33,125 nt of DNA from a virus (taxonomy: Duplodnaviria > Caudoviricetes): positions 1 to 33,125 of IMG/VR virus record IMGVR_UViG_3300016665_000337; one strand, given 5' to 3'. Below the pieces are notes generated by a model, which did no database searches, had not been told where the DNA came from, and saw only the letters and a program-made list of their open reading frames with translations. The translations under genes were made by a program, and so were the position numbers. This document shows, in pieces, positions 16,318 to 25,100 of this stretch; within the stretch, counting starts at the first letter, position 1; every line of letters begins with the position of its first letter.

Positions 16318-17555
16318 TGGGTCAGGGTGTATGGGATCGTAAATGCGGCGGTCGTTGCGGCGTCGAATGTCGCCCACAGCTGCGCCGTTGTCGCGGCCTG
16401 AAATCGAGAGGCCATCGTTTCGATGTTGCGCCCGGCCGCGACGGCTTGAGCGTTCACGATGTCGGTGCTTGCCGTGCTCAGCGTGCCGAGCGAAACCGTG
16501 GTTGGCGTGCCCGTGAGCACGTTCACGGCGACGTCCTCGATCAATGCCCCGGATGGCAGGGCGTCCCCGATGAGAAGGCGGGTTGCGACCCCCGACGAAA
16601 ACGACCCGGATGCGTATAGGACGCCACGGCGGCGCGGCATCGTCCAATAGGGCGCGGGCGATCCGGCGAGCGCGGCGTGATAGTTGTTTGTTGAGCGGTC
16701 GTGCATCTGGAAGCCGACCCCGGTCTCGAAGTCCCAAGACGCCAACGCCCCGGCGCGCACGAGGCTGGACGCGTTCGTCCATGTCGTTGGGGTTGTCGCG
16801 GTCGCGACGAACTCAACGCCGGTCGCGTTGCTCGCCGCTCCGACGTTCGCGAAGTTGTCACCGGCGACATAGGATGCGATTCTATATCGTTTGCCGACGA
16901 TGAGCGTTCCTGAGGTTTGGGACGTCTGGCTGCCCCATTGATCCGATGGAGAAACGCCTTCAAACGTACACGCCAGAATCTGCGCATCAGACAGCGCTCG
17001 GTTCCAGTAGGCGACCCTGTAATAGACGGCGTCGATTGCCGCGAACGCCCCTGTAGGGGAACCGATCTTGATAAACTCGGAGTCTATGGATGACGCGTTC
17101 GCGGCGGCGGTATTTGTGGCCGCCAACGCCCCGTTGACGAACACCGACAACGTCGTTCCGGAGCGTCGAATATGCAAGTCCACCACTCGATTGGAGTGTG
17201 TGGTCCAAAAGTTGGCAACGGTTGTGGTTGTCGAGCCAAGCGAGCCGTTCAGGGTGACGATGAGGTTTGGCCCAAGGATTTCGGAGCTGATGTTGACGGC
17301 TCCCATAAACGCCTCCGTCACGGTGTGGGAGAATATAAATTGATTCTGAATCTTCGGCCCTGGTTGGAGGCGAAACCAGTAGGTGACATCTCCGGTGAGG
17401 ATTCGATTCGCGCCTCCTCCGGTGTTGGCGCTGGCGCGTTGGCCGGTCGTCAGGCCGTCAAATGCGAGTCCGCAAGCGAGGCCGGCGTTTGCGCGCGCGG
17501 CCGACGCTGCCTGGCCGTCTCCAACTGGGGCCGGGATGATGTAGGCGTTGCTCAT
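16314..17555 (-). CDS. LamG/ConA-like domain virion protein (fibre/adhesin)
   Basis: RRSGTTLSVFVNG...IG...YWNRALSDAQI and WDFETGVG...DRS LamG motifs. Confidence 0.75.
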   Translation of the reverse strand: MSNAYIIPAPVGDGQAASAARANAGLACGLAFDGLTTGQRASANTGGGANRILTGDVTYWFRLQPGPKIQNQFIFSHTVTEAFMGAVNISSEILGPNLIVTLNGSLGSTTTTVANFWTTHSNRVVDLHIRRSGTTLSVFVNGALAATNTAAANASSIDSEFIKIGSPTGAFAAIDAVYYRVAYWNRALSDAQILACTFEGVSPSDQWGSQTSQTSGTLIVGKRYRIASYVAGDNFANVGAASNATGVEFVATATTPTTWTNASSLVRAGALASWDFETGVGFQMHDRSTNNYHAALAGSPAPYWTMPRRRGVLYASGSFSSGVATRLLIGDALPSGALIEDVAVNVLTGTPTTVSLGTLSTASTDIVNAQAVAAGRNIETMASRFQAATTAQLWATFDAATTAAFTIPYTLTQ

Positions 17556-17839
17556 AGCATCACGTTGAACGCGACATCGGCGGTGCCTGCCGCCGTGATC
17601 GCGATGATTGGCGCGTTGCACACCGTGCTGCGGCGGTCATCCTGATTGATGATGTAGCGCTCCCCTGGGCCAAGCGGGGTTCCAGGTGCGGAGCCGGCTG
17701 GCGCTGTTGGGGTTCCTCCGTCAATCGAGAAGTAAATGGTGGTGGCTGCGGACAGGTTGGAGACGATGATTTGCTTGCGCTCCTCGCCAGCTCGAACCGT
17801 GACGGCCGTAGTTCCGACAGTGACCTTTCCTGCAGGCAT
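17552..17839 (-). CDS. Small beta-rich virion protein
   Basis: VTVGTTAV...RKQIIVSNLS...IYF...GTPLGPGE pattern. Confidence 0.6.
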   Translation of the reverse strand: MPAGKVTVGTTAVTVRAGEERKQIIVSNLSAATTIYFSIDGGTPTAPAGSAPGTPLGPGERYIINQDDRRSTVCNAPIIAITAAGTADVAFNVML

Positions 17840-17841
17840 GG

Positions 17842-18120
17842 TTACTTCCCTCCCTTCTTGGGCTTGGCCTCGACGGGCGCGGGCTCGGTTGGCTTGGCCT
17901 CGGCCGGAGGTTGCTCCGCCTGCTTCGGCTCGATTGGCGACGGGAGAGGTTGGCCGCGAAAACGTCGAGTGAACGAAGGCCTGATGAACAGCATGGCCCC
18001 GCCGGAATTGGCGTCGATGGCTTGCTTGAACGCGTCCTTGGCCTTGCCCGCATCGTCTCCGACGTATGCGCAGGTCCATGCGTTGTCCTTGAAGATTGCC
18101 GTGAAGCTGGGTGCTTTCAT
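17842..18120 (-). CDS. Hypothetical protein after capsid
   Basis: 92 aa with Pro/Lys-rich tail; syntenic. Confidence 0.6.
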   Translation of the reverse strand: MKAPSFTAIFKDNAWTCAYVGDDAGKAKDAFKQAIDANSGGAMLFIRPSFTRRFRGQPLPSPIEPKQAEQPPAEAKPTEPAPVEAKPKKGGK

Positions 18121-18133
18121 TCGCTCGTGTTGT

Positions 18134-18167
18134 TCCGGGCGGCTGGCCGGATTGCCAACCGCCCGGA
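18134..18167 (-). terminator. Strong hairpin after the capsid gene (stabiliser/attenuator; no U-tract)
   Basis: Minus strand TCCGGGCGGTTGGC-AATCCG-GCCAGCCGCCCGGA, 14-bp stem with one G-U pair. Confidence 0.5.
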
Positions 18168-18185
18168 GGTTGGGGTTGTTCGTGG

Positions 18186-19094
18186 TTAGGCGGAAACGAT
18201 CTTGATGCCAGCCGGGCGAGCGCCAGAAGTGCCCATCGCGGATGCGACGCCGTAGAGGACGCCCATCCAGTACTTGAGCTGTCCGGTGTTCGGATCGTAC
18301 CAGCGGCGGAACTGAACCGGCAGCCCGAGGTCAGGGATGACAACGGTCTCGACCTCAAGGCCGGGGACTCCAGTCGGGACGTCCACGCCACGGGCGGCGA
18401 CGATGAGCGCCGTGGAATGACACGCGAGTCCGGTGACGTTTACGGAGTTGCCGTCGCAGAGCGGGCTCTCGTACACGTCGAACCCGTGCAAGCGCGGGAT
18501 GACGTTCTCGCCGATGGTGCGCGATTGGCCGGACGAGTCCACGGAATTGAGGTCCTTGGCCAACGCGGCGTAGTAGGTCGGGTTCAGGATCAGCGACCGG
18601 CGACTCTTTGGCACTCCGTTCGTCGTCAATTGCGCGGCCAGGTTCGCGACCTCGTCGCGGTTGAAGTTCACGGCCGTAACGGTAAGCTCGGTGGCTGCGG
18701 CGGCCGGGAAATTGGTGTCGTTCACGAGGTCCCAAACGTCCTGGAACATTCGAGCGCCAACCACGGCGGCGGCGGGCTGGATGAACAGGTCGTTGAGGTT
18801 GATGACGGACTTGGAGCGCTCCAAGTCCGAGAACTCCCAGACGTAGCCTCGGAACTGATTCAACGTGCAGGTCACGGCCGTCATGGCCGAGTTGCTCGCG
18901 TTGTAGTTCGAGCTGAGGTCCTGGGCGGTCGGCTTAGTCGCGAACCGCGTTACAACAGACTCGCCTGCCTGCGCGATGTCAGAGGAGAAATCCGTGGTGA
19001 GAGCCGACAAAGGCGCGAACGCCTCCAGCAGCGTGGGGAGCGACATCTCCGCAATGGCGGCGAGGTTTGCCCCTGCGATGGTATTGGTAGCCAT
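18186..19094 (-). CDS. Major capsid protein
   Basis: 302 aa after the protease; VPKSRRSLILNP.YYAAL, RLHGFDVYES, VLYGV HK97-fold/P22-gp5-like motifs. Confidence 0.85.
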   Translation of the reverse strand: MATNTIAGANLAAIAEMSLPTLLEAFAPLSALTTDFSSDIAQAGESVVTRFATKPTAQDLSSNYNASNSAMTAVTCTLNQFRGYVWEFSDLERSKSVINLNDLFIQPAAAVVGARMFQDVWDLVNDTNFPAAAATELTVTAVNFNRDEVANLAAQLTTNGVPKSRRSLILNPTYYAALAKDLNSVDSSGQSRTIGENVIPRLHGFDVYESPLCDGNSVNVTGLACHSTALIVAARGVDVPTGVPGLEVETVVIPDLGLPVQFRRWYDPNTGQLKYWMGVLYGVASAMGTSGARPAGIKIVSA

Positions 19095-19115
19095 GGTGTG
19101 GTTTTGGGGTTGGGG

Positions 19116-20498
19116 TTAGGAAATCAGGACTGCCTTGTGCTTGGCGAAGAACGCCGTGCGCTCAGCGCCCGGCTTCATCTTCGCGAACTCCGCGCGGATC
19201 TCGTCGGATGTCTTGTCCGACGCCGCGCCGGTCGCGGCGGCGGCGTTGCCGACGTCGTGACGGATGCCCTTGGAGGCGAGAATCTCGGCGGCCTTCTTGG
19301 CTGCCAGCTCGTCCACCTTGGCCTTCACGGCGGCTGCGATGTCGGGTGCCTTGGCGTCCACGCCGACGGCGGCAAGCACGGCGTTCGTGCGGTTGTCGGA
19401 AGCGGCGATGCGCTCGGTGATGTGAGTGGCGAGGAAGTCCGTGGTGCCGGTCTTCCGCGCCTCCGTAACGGCCTCGGGGGTCACCCCAAGGTCCGCGATT
19501 GCGGACGCGAGGAACGTATCCTCGGCGGCCGGTTGCACGCCCAACAGGGCGAGCAGCTTGGCGGTCTTGCTCATTTGTTTGGTTTGGTTGTCCGAAGCCT
19601 TCGCCTCGGGAGATTCAATTTCGACGATGCGCGGGGCGTCCACCTTGGTCAGCGCGGAGAAGAGGCGCGACACCTGCACGTCCGTCTCCTCGAAGTCCCC
19701 GGTGGTGCCGACCTCGCGGAGCACGTCCACGAGCGCGGCCGGATCCTCGGCGGTCGCGTCAACGGCCCCGTCTGCACCGGACGCGGCGCCAGTGGTCAGG
19801 ACCTCGACGACCTCGCCCTTGGTCTTGCCTTCGCCATAGGACAGCTCGACGTAATCGCCCACGGCCAGCTCGCCCGGAGCGGCGGCGCGCACGCTGGCCT
19901 GCTTGGCCTCAAGCGCCTTGGGAAGCGATGCCATCGCGCGAATTGACGCAGACGCGGAGAAGGCAATCGGCGGAAGAATCTCGTCTACAAGCCCGGCGTC
20001 CTTGGCTTCCTGCGCCGTGAGCCAGGTGTCTTTTTCCATCCATCCGCGCACAGTAGACTCATCCTTGCCGGTCTTCTGGCGATAGCCGGAGACGTAGGTG
20101 GTTTCCATCTTGCCAAGCAAGTCGGCCGTCTCGCGCATGTCTGACGACGTGCCAACTGCAGCTCCCCATGGCGCGTGAACCATGACGTATCCGTTTTCCA
20201 CGATGCGCACCTTGCGCGCTCCGGTCGCGATATAGGACGCAGCCGACGCGGCCACGCCCATAATTTCAACGGTTGTGTCGAGGCTGGCTAAGAACGACCG
20301 GATGGTCAGCGAGTCCAGCACGTCACCGCCGCGCGAATTGATGCGGACGAGAGGACGCTTTGACCTCGACGCCTGCATCGCGGTGATGAACTCGCGCGCG
20401 CTCCCGGTTTCCCATCCAATGTCGTCGATGATTTCGACGGTCACGTCTGGACCGGTCGGCGTTGGCGCTGCAATGGCCTGTATGCGAAATGGTGTCAT
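19116..20498 (-). CDS. ClpP-family prohead protease fused to scaffold
   Basis: RINSRGGDV, GVAASAASYI, MVHAPW, DTWLTAQEA...GLVDEI; start MTPFRIQ overlaps the portal stop. Confidence 0.88.
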   Translation of the reverse strand: MTPFRIQAIAAPTPTGPDVTVEIIDDIGWETGSAREFITAMQASRSKRPLVRINSRGGDVLDSLTIRSFLASLDTTVEIMGVAASAASYIATGARKVRIVENGYVMVHAPWGAAVGTSSDMRETADLLGKMETTYVSGYRQKTGKDESTVRGWMEKDTWLTAQEAKDAGLVDEILPPIAFSASASIRAMASLPKALEAKQASVRAAAPGELAVGDYVELSYGEGKTKGEVVEVLTTGAASGADGAVDATAEDPAALVDVLREVGTTGDFEETDVQVSRLFSALTKVDAPRIVEIESPEAKASDNQTKQMSKTAKLLALLGVQPAAEDTFLASAIADLGVTPEAVTEARKTGTTDFLATHITERIAASDNRTNAVLAAVGVDAKAPDIAAAVKAKVDELAAKKAAEILASKGIRHDVGNAAAATGAASDKTSDEIRAEFAKMKPGAERTAFFAKHKAVLIS

Positions 20499-22030
20499 GC
20501 GTTGGGGTCTGGAGCGGCCTGCACGGCCACTGGCGGAGGGAACGCTGCGGCCGGATTCATGAGCCACTCCATGGGCGCTCCAGTCGCGGCGGAGACGGCC
20601 TTGGCCTTGACGTAATCAGAAGCCCGCTCGTTGAGGTGAGTGTCGATGTCCCCGCCGTTCCGGCCGACAATTTGCGACAGCGTTTGCGTTCCAACCTTTA
20701 GGTTCTCGCGCTCGTTCTGCGAGTCGCGCCCGAGGTCAACGCTGTACTCGGCGGGCATCGAGAAATCCCACTCCATCCAGTCCGGCGAGAACGGGATGCG
20801 GCCCCGCTGGACATAGGACGCGACGGCCCACAACAGGATGGAAAGCGCGGGCTGGAACATGACGCTTTGCCGGTCCGACACCGTGCGCTGAACCTGCCCG
20901 ACCATGGAACGCACGCCAGCGCCGCCGATCTTGGCGGAGTCCCACACGAACTCGTAGGGCAACCCGAGCCCCAGGAGCGCGCCACGCTTCAAGTCCTCCA
21001 TGAACCCGATCCATGCGGGGGAAGGGCGGTTGGACTGGAAGGCTTGAAGGCTGTTCCCGTTTTTGATGTAGCGGATGAGGCCCTTCTCCATCACCTGCGT
21101 TTGGAGGCCCTGCTTGCCTCCGGCCGGGAGCGCCGCCGCGCCGATGGCCTCGCGCCCGATCTCGCGCCGTCCCGTGTCGTTGCTCTCGATGAGCGAAATG
21201 GACGACGCGGCTTTCACCGCAATCTTCTCGGCGGCCTTGGTCTCCTCGATGTCGTACCAATCGAGGATGCCGTTGAGGATGGATGGGATGCCGCGAGTCT
21301 GGGAGAACCACACGGGATCGAAGAACGTAACAACGCTCGAGGCCGGCAGGATGTTCCATGACTCCTTGCCGTCCAGCATCTTCCTTCCGCTCAGCAGGTT
21401 GTACCCAACCGGCCGCATGTAGGCGTCGTACACGATGCCCGCCGCAACGAACATTCCGACATAGCCAGCGGTGCCGGGAGCGTCGGGCACGACAGGCTCG
21501 GAGAACCACGCCGGGTTGCCGATGCGGTGCGCCTCCAGCCACTGGACGCGCGGCTCTCCGTCCATGTCCGTGAGCACGGCGAACAGGTCGCCGTCGCGGT
21601 CGATGGCCACGCTGGCGTTGCGGAGATTGATGCGCCAATCGTGCGGCCCGCCGCGCACGTCGCAGTTGCGCGCCCATGCGCGCATGACGGGCTCAGCGGC
21701 CTTGCGAAACGCATCGTCGGGCCCAACGTATCGAGGTTGCCACGCGTCCCCGACAACATACTTGGCCTTCTTCAAGACGGCCCCAGAAACCATGGGCGAC
21801 CCGCCGAAGATATAGCGCGAGTCGGACAGCATGGAGCGATGCTGCCCGTTGGGGACCATGCGCCAGAAATCGGCGTCAAGGTTCGGACGCCAGCCACGCA
21901 GGTTCGTGTCCTGCGAGCCCGGCATGATCGACGACGACGACGTGAAGCTGTAGCCGTAGTTGCCACCACCCGACGCCTTGACGTCGGGCTTGGCTACGGC
22001 CTGCACCTTCCTGTTTCGTCGCCTGCTCAC
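20495..22030 (-). CDS. Portal protein, lambda gpB-like
   Basis: 511 aa; DGDLF, QWLEAHRI, GIVYD...RPVGY, QTRGIP, LGLPYEF motifs. Confidence 0.88.
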   Translation of the reverse strand: MSRRRNRKVQAVAKPDVKASGGGNYGYSFTSSSSIMPGSQDTNLRGWRPNLDADFWRMVPNGQHRSMLSDSRYIFGGSPMVSGAVLKKAKYVVGDAWQPRYVGPDDAFRKAAEPVMRAWARNCDVRGGPHDWRINLRNASVAIDRDGDLFAVLTDMDGEPRVQWLEAHRIGNPAWFSEPVVPDAPGTAGYVGMFVAAGIVYDAYMRPVGYNLLSGRKMLDGKESWNILPASSVVTFFDPVWFSQTRGIPSILNGILDWYDIEETKAAEKIAVKAASSISLIESNDTGRREIGREAIGAAALPAGGKQGLQTQVMEKGLIRYIKNGNSLQAFQSNRPSPAWIGFMEDLKRGALLGLGLPYEFVWDSAKIGGAGVRSMVGQVQRTVSDRQSVMFQPALSILLWAVASYVQRGRIPFSPDWMEWDFSMPAEYSVDLGRDSQNERENLKVGTQTLSQIVGRNGGDIDTHLNERASDYVKAKAVSAATGAPMEWLMNPAAAFPPPVAVQAAPDPNA

Positions 22031-22299
22031 CGGAAGCGCACCCTCGTTTCTTGGTCTTCGCTGATGAAACTGTCATCAACGAAGGACATCGCCGCTTGGA
22101 TTTCCGCGCCCCACTGTTCCAACGACCACACGCCGTTAGGGCCGTAGGTGAAGGACGAGCCGTTGGCCGAGGCTGAAACGATGTTATTGGGGCCGGGAGT
22201 CATCGCCTCCATGGCAGCATGGTACTTGGCAAGCTCCGCTTGCATCTTTGCAAGGGAGTAGCCGATGTACGGCCTGACTGGAACCATAGCGTGCGCCAT
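22027..22299 (-). CDS. Head completion protein (gpW-like position)
   Basis: 90 aa between TerL and portal; SASANGSSFTY. Confidence 0.6.
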   Translation of the reverse strand: MAHAMVPVRPYIGYSLAKMQAELAKYHAAMEAMTPGPNNIVSASANGSSFTYGPNGVWSLEQWGAEIQAAMSFVDDSFISEDQETRVRFR

Positions 22300-22338
22300 C
22301 CGCGCGCTTCGCTATGGAACGCGGCGGAATTGTCAACG

Positions 22339-24138
22339 CTATTCTGCGGGCGTCTCAACGTCCGGCGTCGCGTCGTCCCCGATGAGGCGAGCCATGGAAG
22401 CGGCGACTATCTGCATCACCTCGCAGTCAAAGAAATGGTTGTCGCGCTTGGCCCGAATCCACTGCCACGAGTAGGTCATGCCGTCCGCGCCAAACTTCTT
22501 TGCCTTCACTTCCGCCGCCATTTGCTTCGCGTACTCGCTTCCGTGGTCCTCCGACGCGGTCCACAACGGCACGCCGTCGGGGCCGGTCTGCTGGCGGAGG
22601 AGTTCCATCCGATCCTTCGCCGAGTCGCCCACGAAGAACCATTCCCAGATGCGCTTGCCGTAGCCGGATCGCTGCAAGCCCATCATGGGGTCGAGCAGCT
22701 TGCCCTCGTCGTAGATGCGGTGCAGCCCGTCGGCGTGCTTGAACGCGCGGCGCTTGAACCCGCGCATGCAATGGAAACCATGGTCCGCGCAGATGCGCGT
22801 CACGAGGCCTTCGAAGGTGTTGCCAGAGTCCAGGAACACCCGCGACTCGCACGTCACGACGTCCTGCCCGTTGGGCATCCGGTGCTCGAACCAACGACCG
22901 AACGGCACGCCGTTGGCCTCAGCGAAGGCCGCGATTTCATGGGACGTGAGCAGCTTTGAGCGGGCCACGAGCCGCGACCTTCCATCCCTCGCCCACGATC
23001 GAACCACGGCCCAGAAGTGATTCCGTTGCACGTCAACCGTGAGAAACCGATACGGCCGGTCCTCCGGGTCCTTGGCCTCGTCGGCCCACTGCTCGCCTAG
23101 ACGGTAGGGCCCGACCTCCAGCTTCGCGTCCGACGCGACGGCGCCAGCCTCGGCGCTCCACGGGATGCACAGGCGCTTGATGCGGAACTCGCGCATCAGC
23201 GACGGGTCGCCTGAGCGGATGGCGTTCATGGCCGTCGCCCACTCCGCCGCGACGCTCTCCCATGAGTCCACAGCAAGCGCGTTGAACCGGTACCCAATGA
23301 CGTCCGGCCGCCCGTCGTCATTGTCGCGACGGTAGCCTGCGCCGCGCGAGCGGTCGTTCATCGCGCGTTGAACCGCGAGGCTCCATTGAGTCGGCACGCG
23401 ACAGCACGGCGGGACCATGCGCACGCTCTCGGCGGTGCGGCCTACGTTGAGGAGTCCGCCCTCGTTGGCCACCTGCTCCACCGGGAACATCTCCGCGCCC
23501 CACTGGGGGACGAAGGCGTGGCCACAATGGGGACACGCGACGTGCCACTCGTGCCGCGTGCCGGAGCGCCACAGGACGTCCAGCTCGTGGCCCTCGTCCG
23601 GGGCCGTCGTCGTGATGACGTGCTGGCGTTGCCAGCGGTATGAGTCCGCGCGCTTGAAGATTTCGGCGATGGCCCGCTCGGGGTATTGCCACGCCTCGTC
23701 GAGGTAGAGGGTCTGCCCGCTCCGGCCGTTTCGGTGCGCCTCGACCTCGGCGCTCAGCAACTCCACCGGCCCGTTGTGGAACCGGAAGAGCATCCCCCTT
23801 CCGCGCGCGTCGGGGTCCGTGTACGTCACGCGGCGCACGCCATCGCACGCCCCGAGGAGCGGCCGGAGCTTGGCATCCGACAGGCTCCGCGCGTCCACTG
23901 ATGTCCGGCTGTACCACAGCGCCCGGCGCGGCGAGACGGCCACGTTGCGGGCGAGATGGAGTTGCGCGGCCAGCGTCTTGCCCCTCTGCGGGGGCATCAT
24001 GGCGATGAGCGTCTTGCCCTCCCCGACGTCCAGAGCCTCGACGAAGTCCACGATCTGCGGCCACTCGTTGCGCCGGAACGGTCGGCCGTCCAGGAGGACG
24101 TTGCGCTCGGCCCACGTGAGCGTGCCAACGGGCCTCAT
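22339..24138 (-). CDS. Terminase large subunit, lambda GpA-like
   Basis: PPQRGKT Walker A, YLDE Walker B, CPHCG, TVDVQ, FLDSG, DNHFFDCE nuclease motifs. Confidence 0.92.
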   Translation of the reverse strand: MRPVGTLTWAERNVLLDGRPFRRNEWPQIVDFVEALDVGEGKTLIAMMPPQRGKTLAAQLHLARNVAVSPRRALWYSRTSVDARSLSDAKLRPLLGACDGVRRVTYTDPDARGRGMLFRFHNGPVELLSAEVEAHRNGRSGQTLYLDEAWQYPERAIAEIFKRADSYRWQRQHVITTTAPDEGHELDVLWRSGTRHEWHVACPHCGHAFVPQWGAEMFPVEQVANEGGLLNVGRTAESVRMVPPCCRVPTQWSLAVQRAMNDRSRGAGYRRDNDDGRPDVIGYRFNALAVDSWESVAAEWATAMNAIRSGDPSLMREFRIKRLCIPWSAEAGAVASDAKLEVGPYRLGEQWADEAKDPEDRPYRFLTVDVQRNHFWAVVRSWARDGRSRLVARSKLLTSHEIAAFAEANGVPFGRWFEHRMPNGQDVVTCESRVFLDSGNTFEGLVTRICADHGFHCMRGFKRRAFKHADGLHRIYDEGKLLDPMMGLQRSGYGKRIWEWFFVGDSAKDRMELLRQQTGPDGVPLWTASEDHGSEYAKQMAAEVKAKKFGADGMTYSWQWIRAKRDNHFFDCEVMQIVAASMARLIGDDATPDVETPAE

Positions 24139-24839
24139 TCCACGAGGCTCCCGGAGGCGGCGCGCATCTCCTCGGCGACCCATGCGGGGACGCCGTGCCC
24201 GGCGTCCAGCTTCGCGGCCTCCTCGAAGGGCCGAATGAACGCGTCGGCGGTCAGCTCCTCCACGAGGATGCGCATGATGTCGGCGGGCTCGACGACGCCG
24301 ACAAGCCGCCCGGCTGCCTCGCGGGCGATGCGCTGGATCCCGTGGCACGCTTGGATGGCGAGGGCGCGGATGAGGCGGACAGCTTCGGCGCGCCCGATGA
24401 CGTCGTCCTCGGTGCGGCCCGCGCGACGGGCTTGGGTCAGCGCGTTGTTGCGCTGGTCGCTCAGCGGCTTGCGCTGCTCAAGGATTTGCAACGCCGTGGC
24501 GATGTCCCCGGCCGCAAAGGACGCCTTCGCCGACCGGTCCACCTGGGCAAGCATCACGTCCAGGTCCTCGATCTCCTCGCCGAGCGTGCGCTTTGGTTTG
24601 GGATCCTCGAGTGGCGCATCGGAGGTCGCTTTCGGGAGCATGCCCTTGGCCTCCAGCCAAGGGAGCAAGGCGTTGCCATCCACGCGGGAATGAATGAAAC
24701 CGGGCGCGCCCAAAGACTTCGCACGCCGGAGCGTGGCCTTTGGAACGCCCATCTCCGCGCTCGCCTGCGCCATTGAGCTAAATGGGCGGGGCCAGCTCGC
24801 GGATTTAGGCTTCGCGTCGGCTTTTGCTCGGTTTTTCAA
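24135..24839 (-). CDS. Terminase small subunit (Nu1-like HTH); start uncertain
   Basis: N-terminal HTH followed by helical/coiled coil; ATGA-coupled to TerL. Confidence 0.7.
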   Translation of the reverse strand: MKNRAKADAKPKSASWPRPFSSMAQASAEMGVPKATLRRAKSLGAPGFIHSRVDGNALLPWLEAKGMLPKATSDAPLEDPKPKRTLGEEIEDLDVMLAQVDRSAKASFAAGDIATALQILEQRKPLSDQRNNALTQARRAGRTEDDVIGRAEAVRLIRALAIQACHGIQRIAREAAGRLVGVVEPADIMRILVEELTADAFIRPFEEAAKLDAGHGVPAWVAEEMRAASGSLVE

Positions 24840-24959
24840 GTTTGTGTCAAAATTGGATGGGAGGCGGCAACCTTGCTTTTGCCCACCAACCCAAAGAGAT
24901 TCCTTAACACGCCATATAGCGCGCCATATGGCCTATTGTATTGCGCGCCGTGGACGCTA

Positions 24960-25100
24960 TTAGGACGCACGCTTGCCCCCCTTCGACCGCGCCTTGTCCT
25001 TGGCCTTGAGCCATGGGTGCGTGGGCTGTCCTGTGCGCTCGACAAACCTGCGCCAAGCCTTGCGCATCCTCTCCAGCTCTCGGGTGCCTGGCGGCTTCAT
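24960..25100 (-). CDS. Small basic hypothetical protein (46 aa; not in the ORF track)
   Basis: MKPPGTRELERMRKAWRRFVERTGQPTHPWLKAK...; ATGA overlap with the MTase stop. Confidence 0.45.
   Translation of the reverse strand: MKPPGTRELERMRKAWRRFVERTGQPTHPWLKAKDKARSKGGKRAS

Noticed and set aside
5762-17555. Diversity-generating retroelement or invertible tail-fibre switch
   Set aside because: No reverse transcriptase, invertase or TR/VR pair seen.
18111-19946. 611-aa plus-strand ORF and the other plus-strand ORFs
   Set aside because: Antisense shadows of high-GC minus-strand genes; no motifs or translation signals.
22339-24348. Long N-terminal extensions given in the ORF track (TerL, ClpP, SSB, DnaC, DUF2829 and others)
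   Set aside because: They overlap upstream genes and are Arg/Pro-rich junk; the true starts are at the ATGA/GTGA overlaps.
5762-24839. Gene transfer agent, suggested by the short TMP
   Set aside because: Linked replication, recombination and accessory genes indicate a genuine phage.
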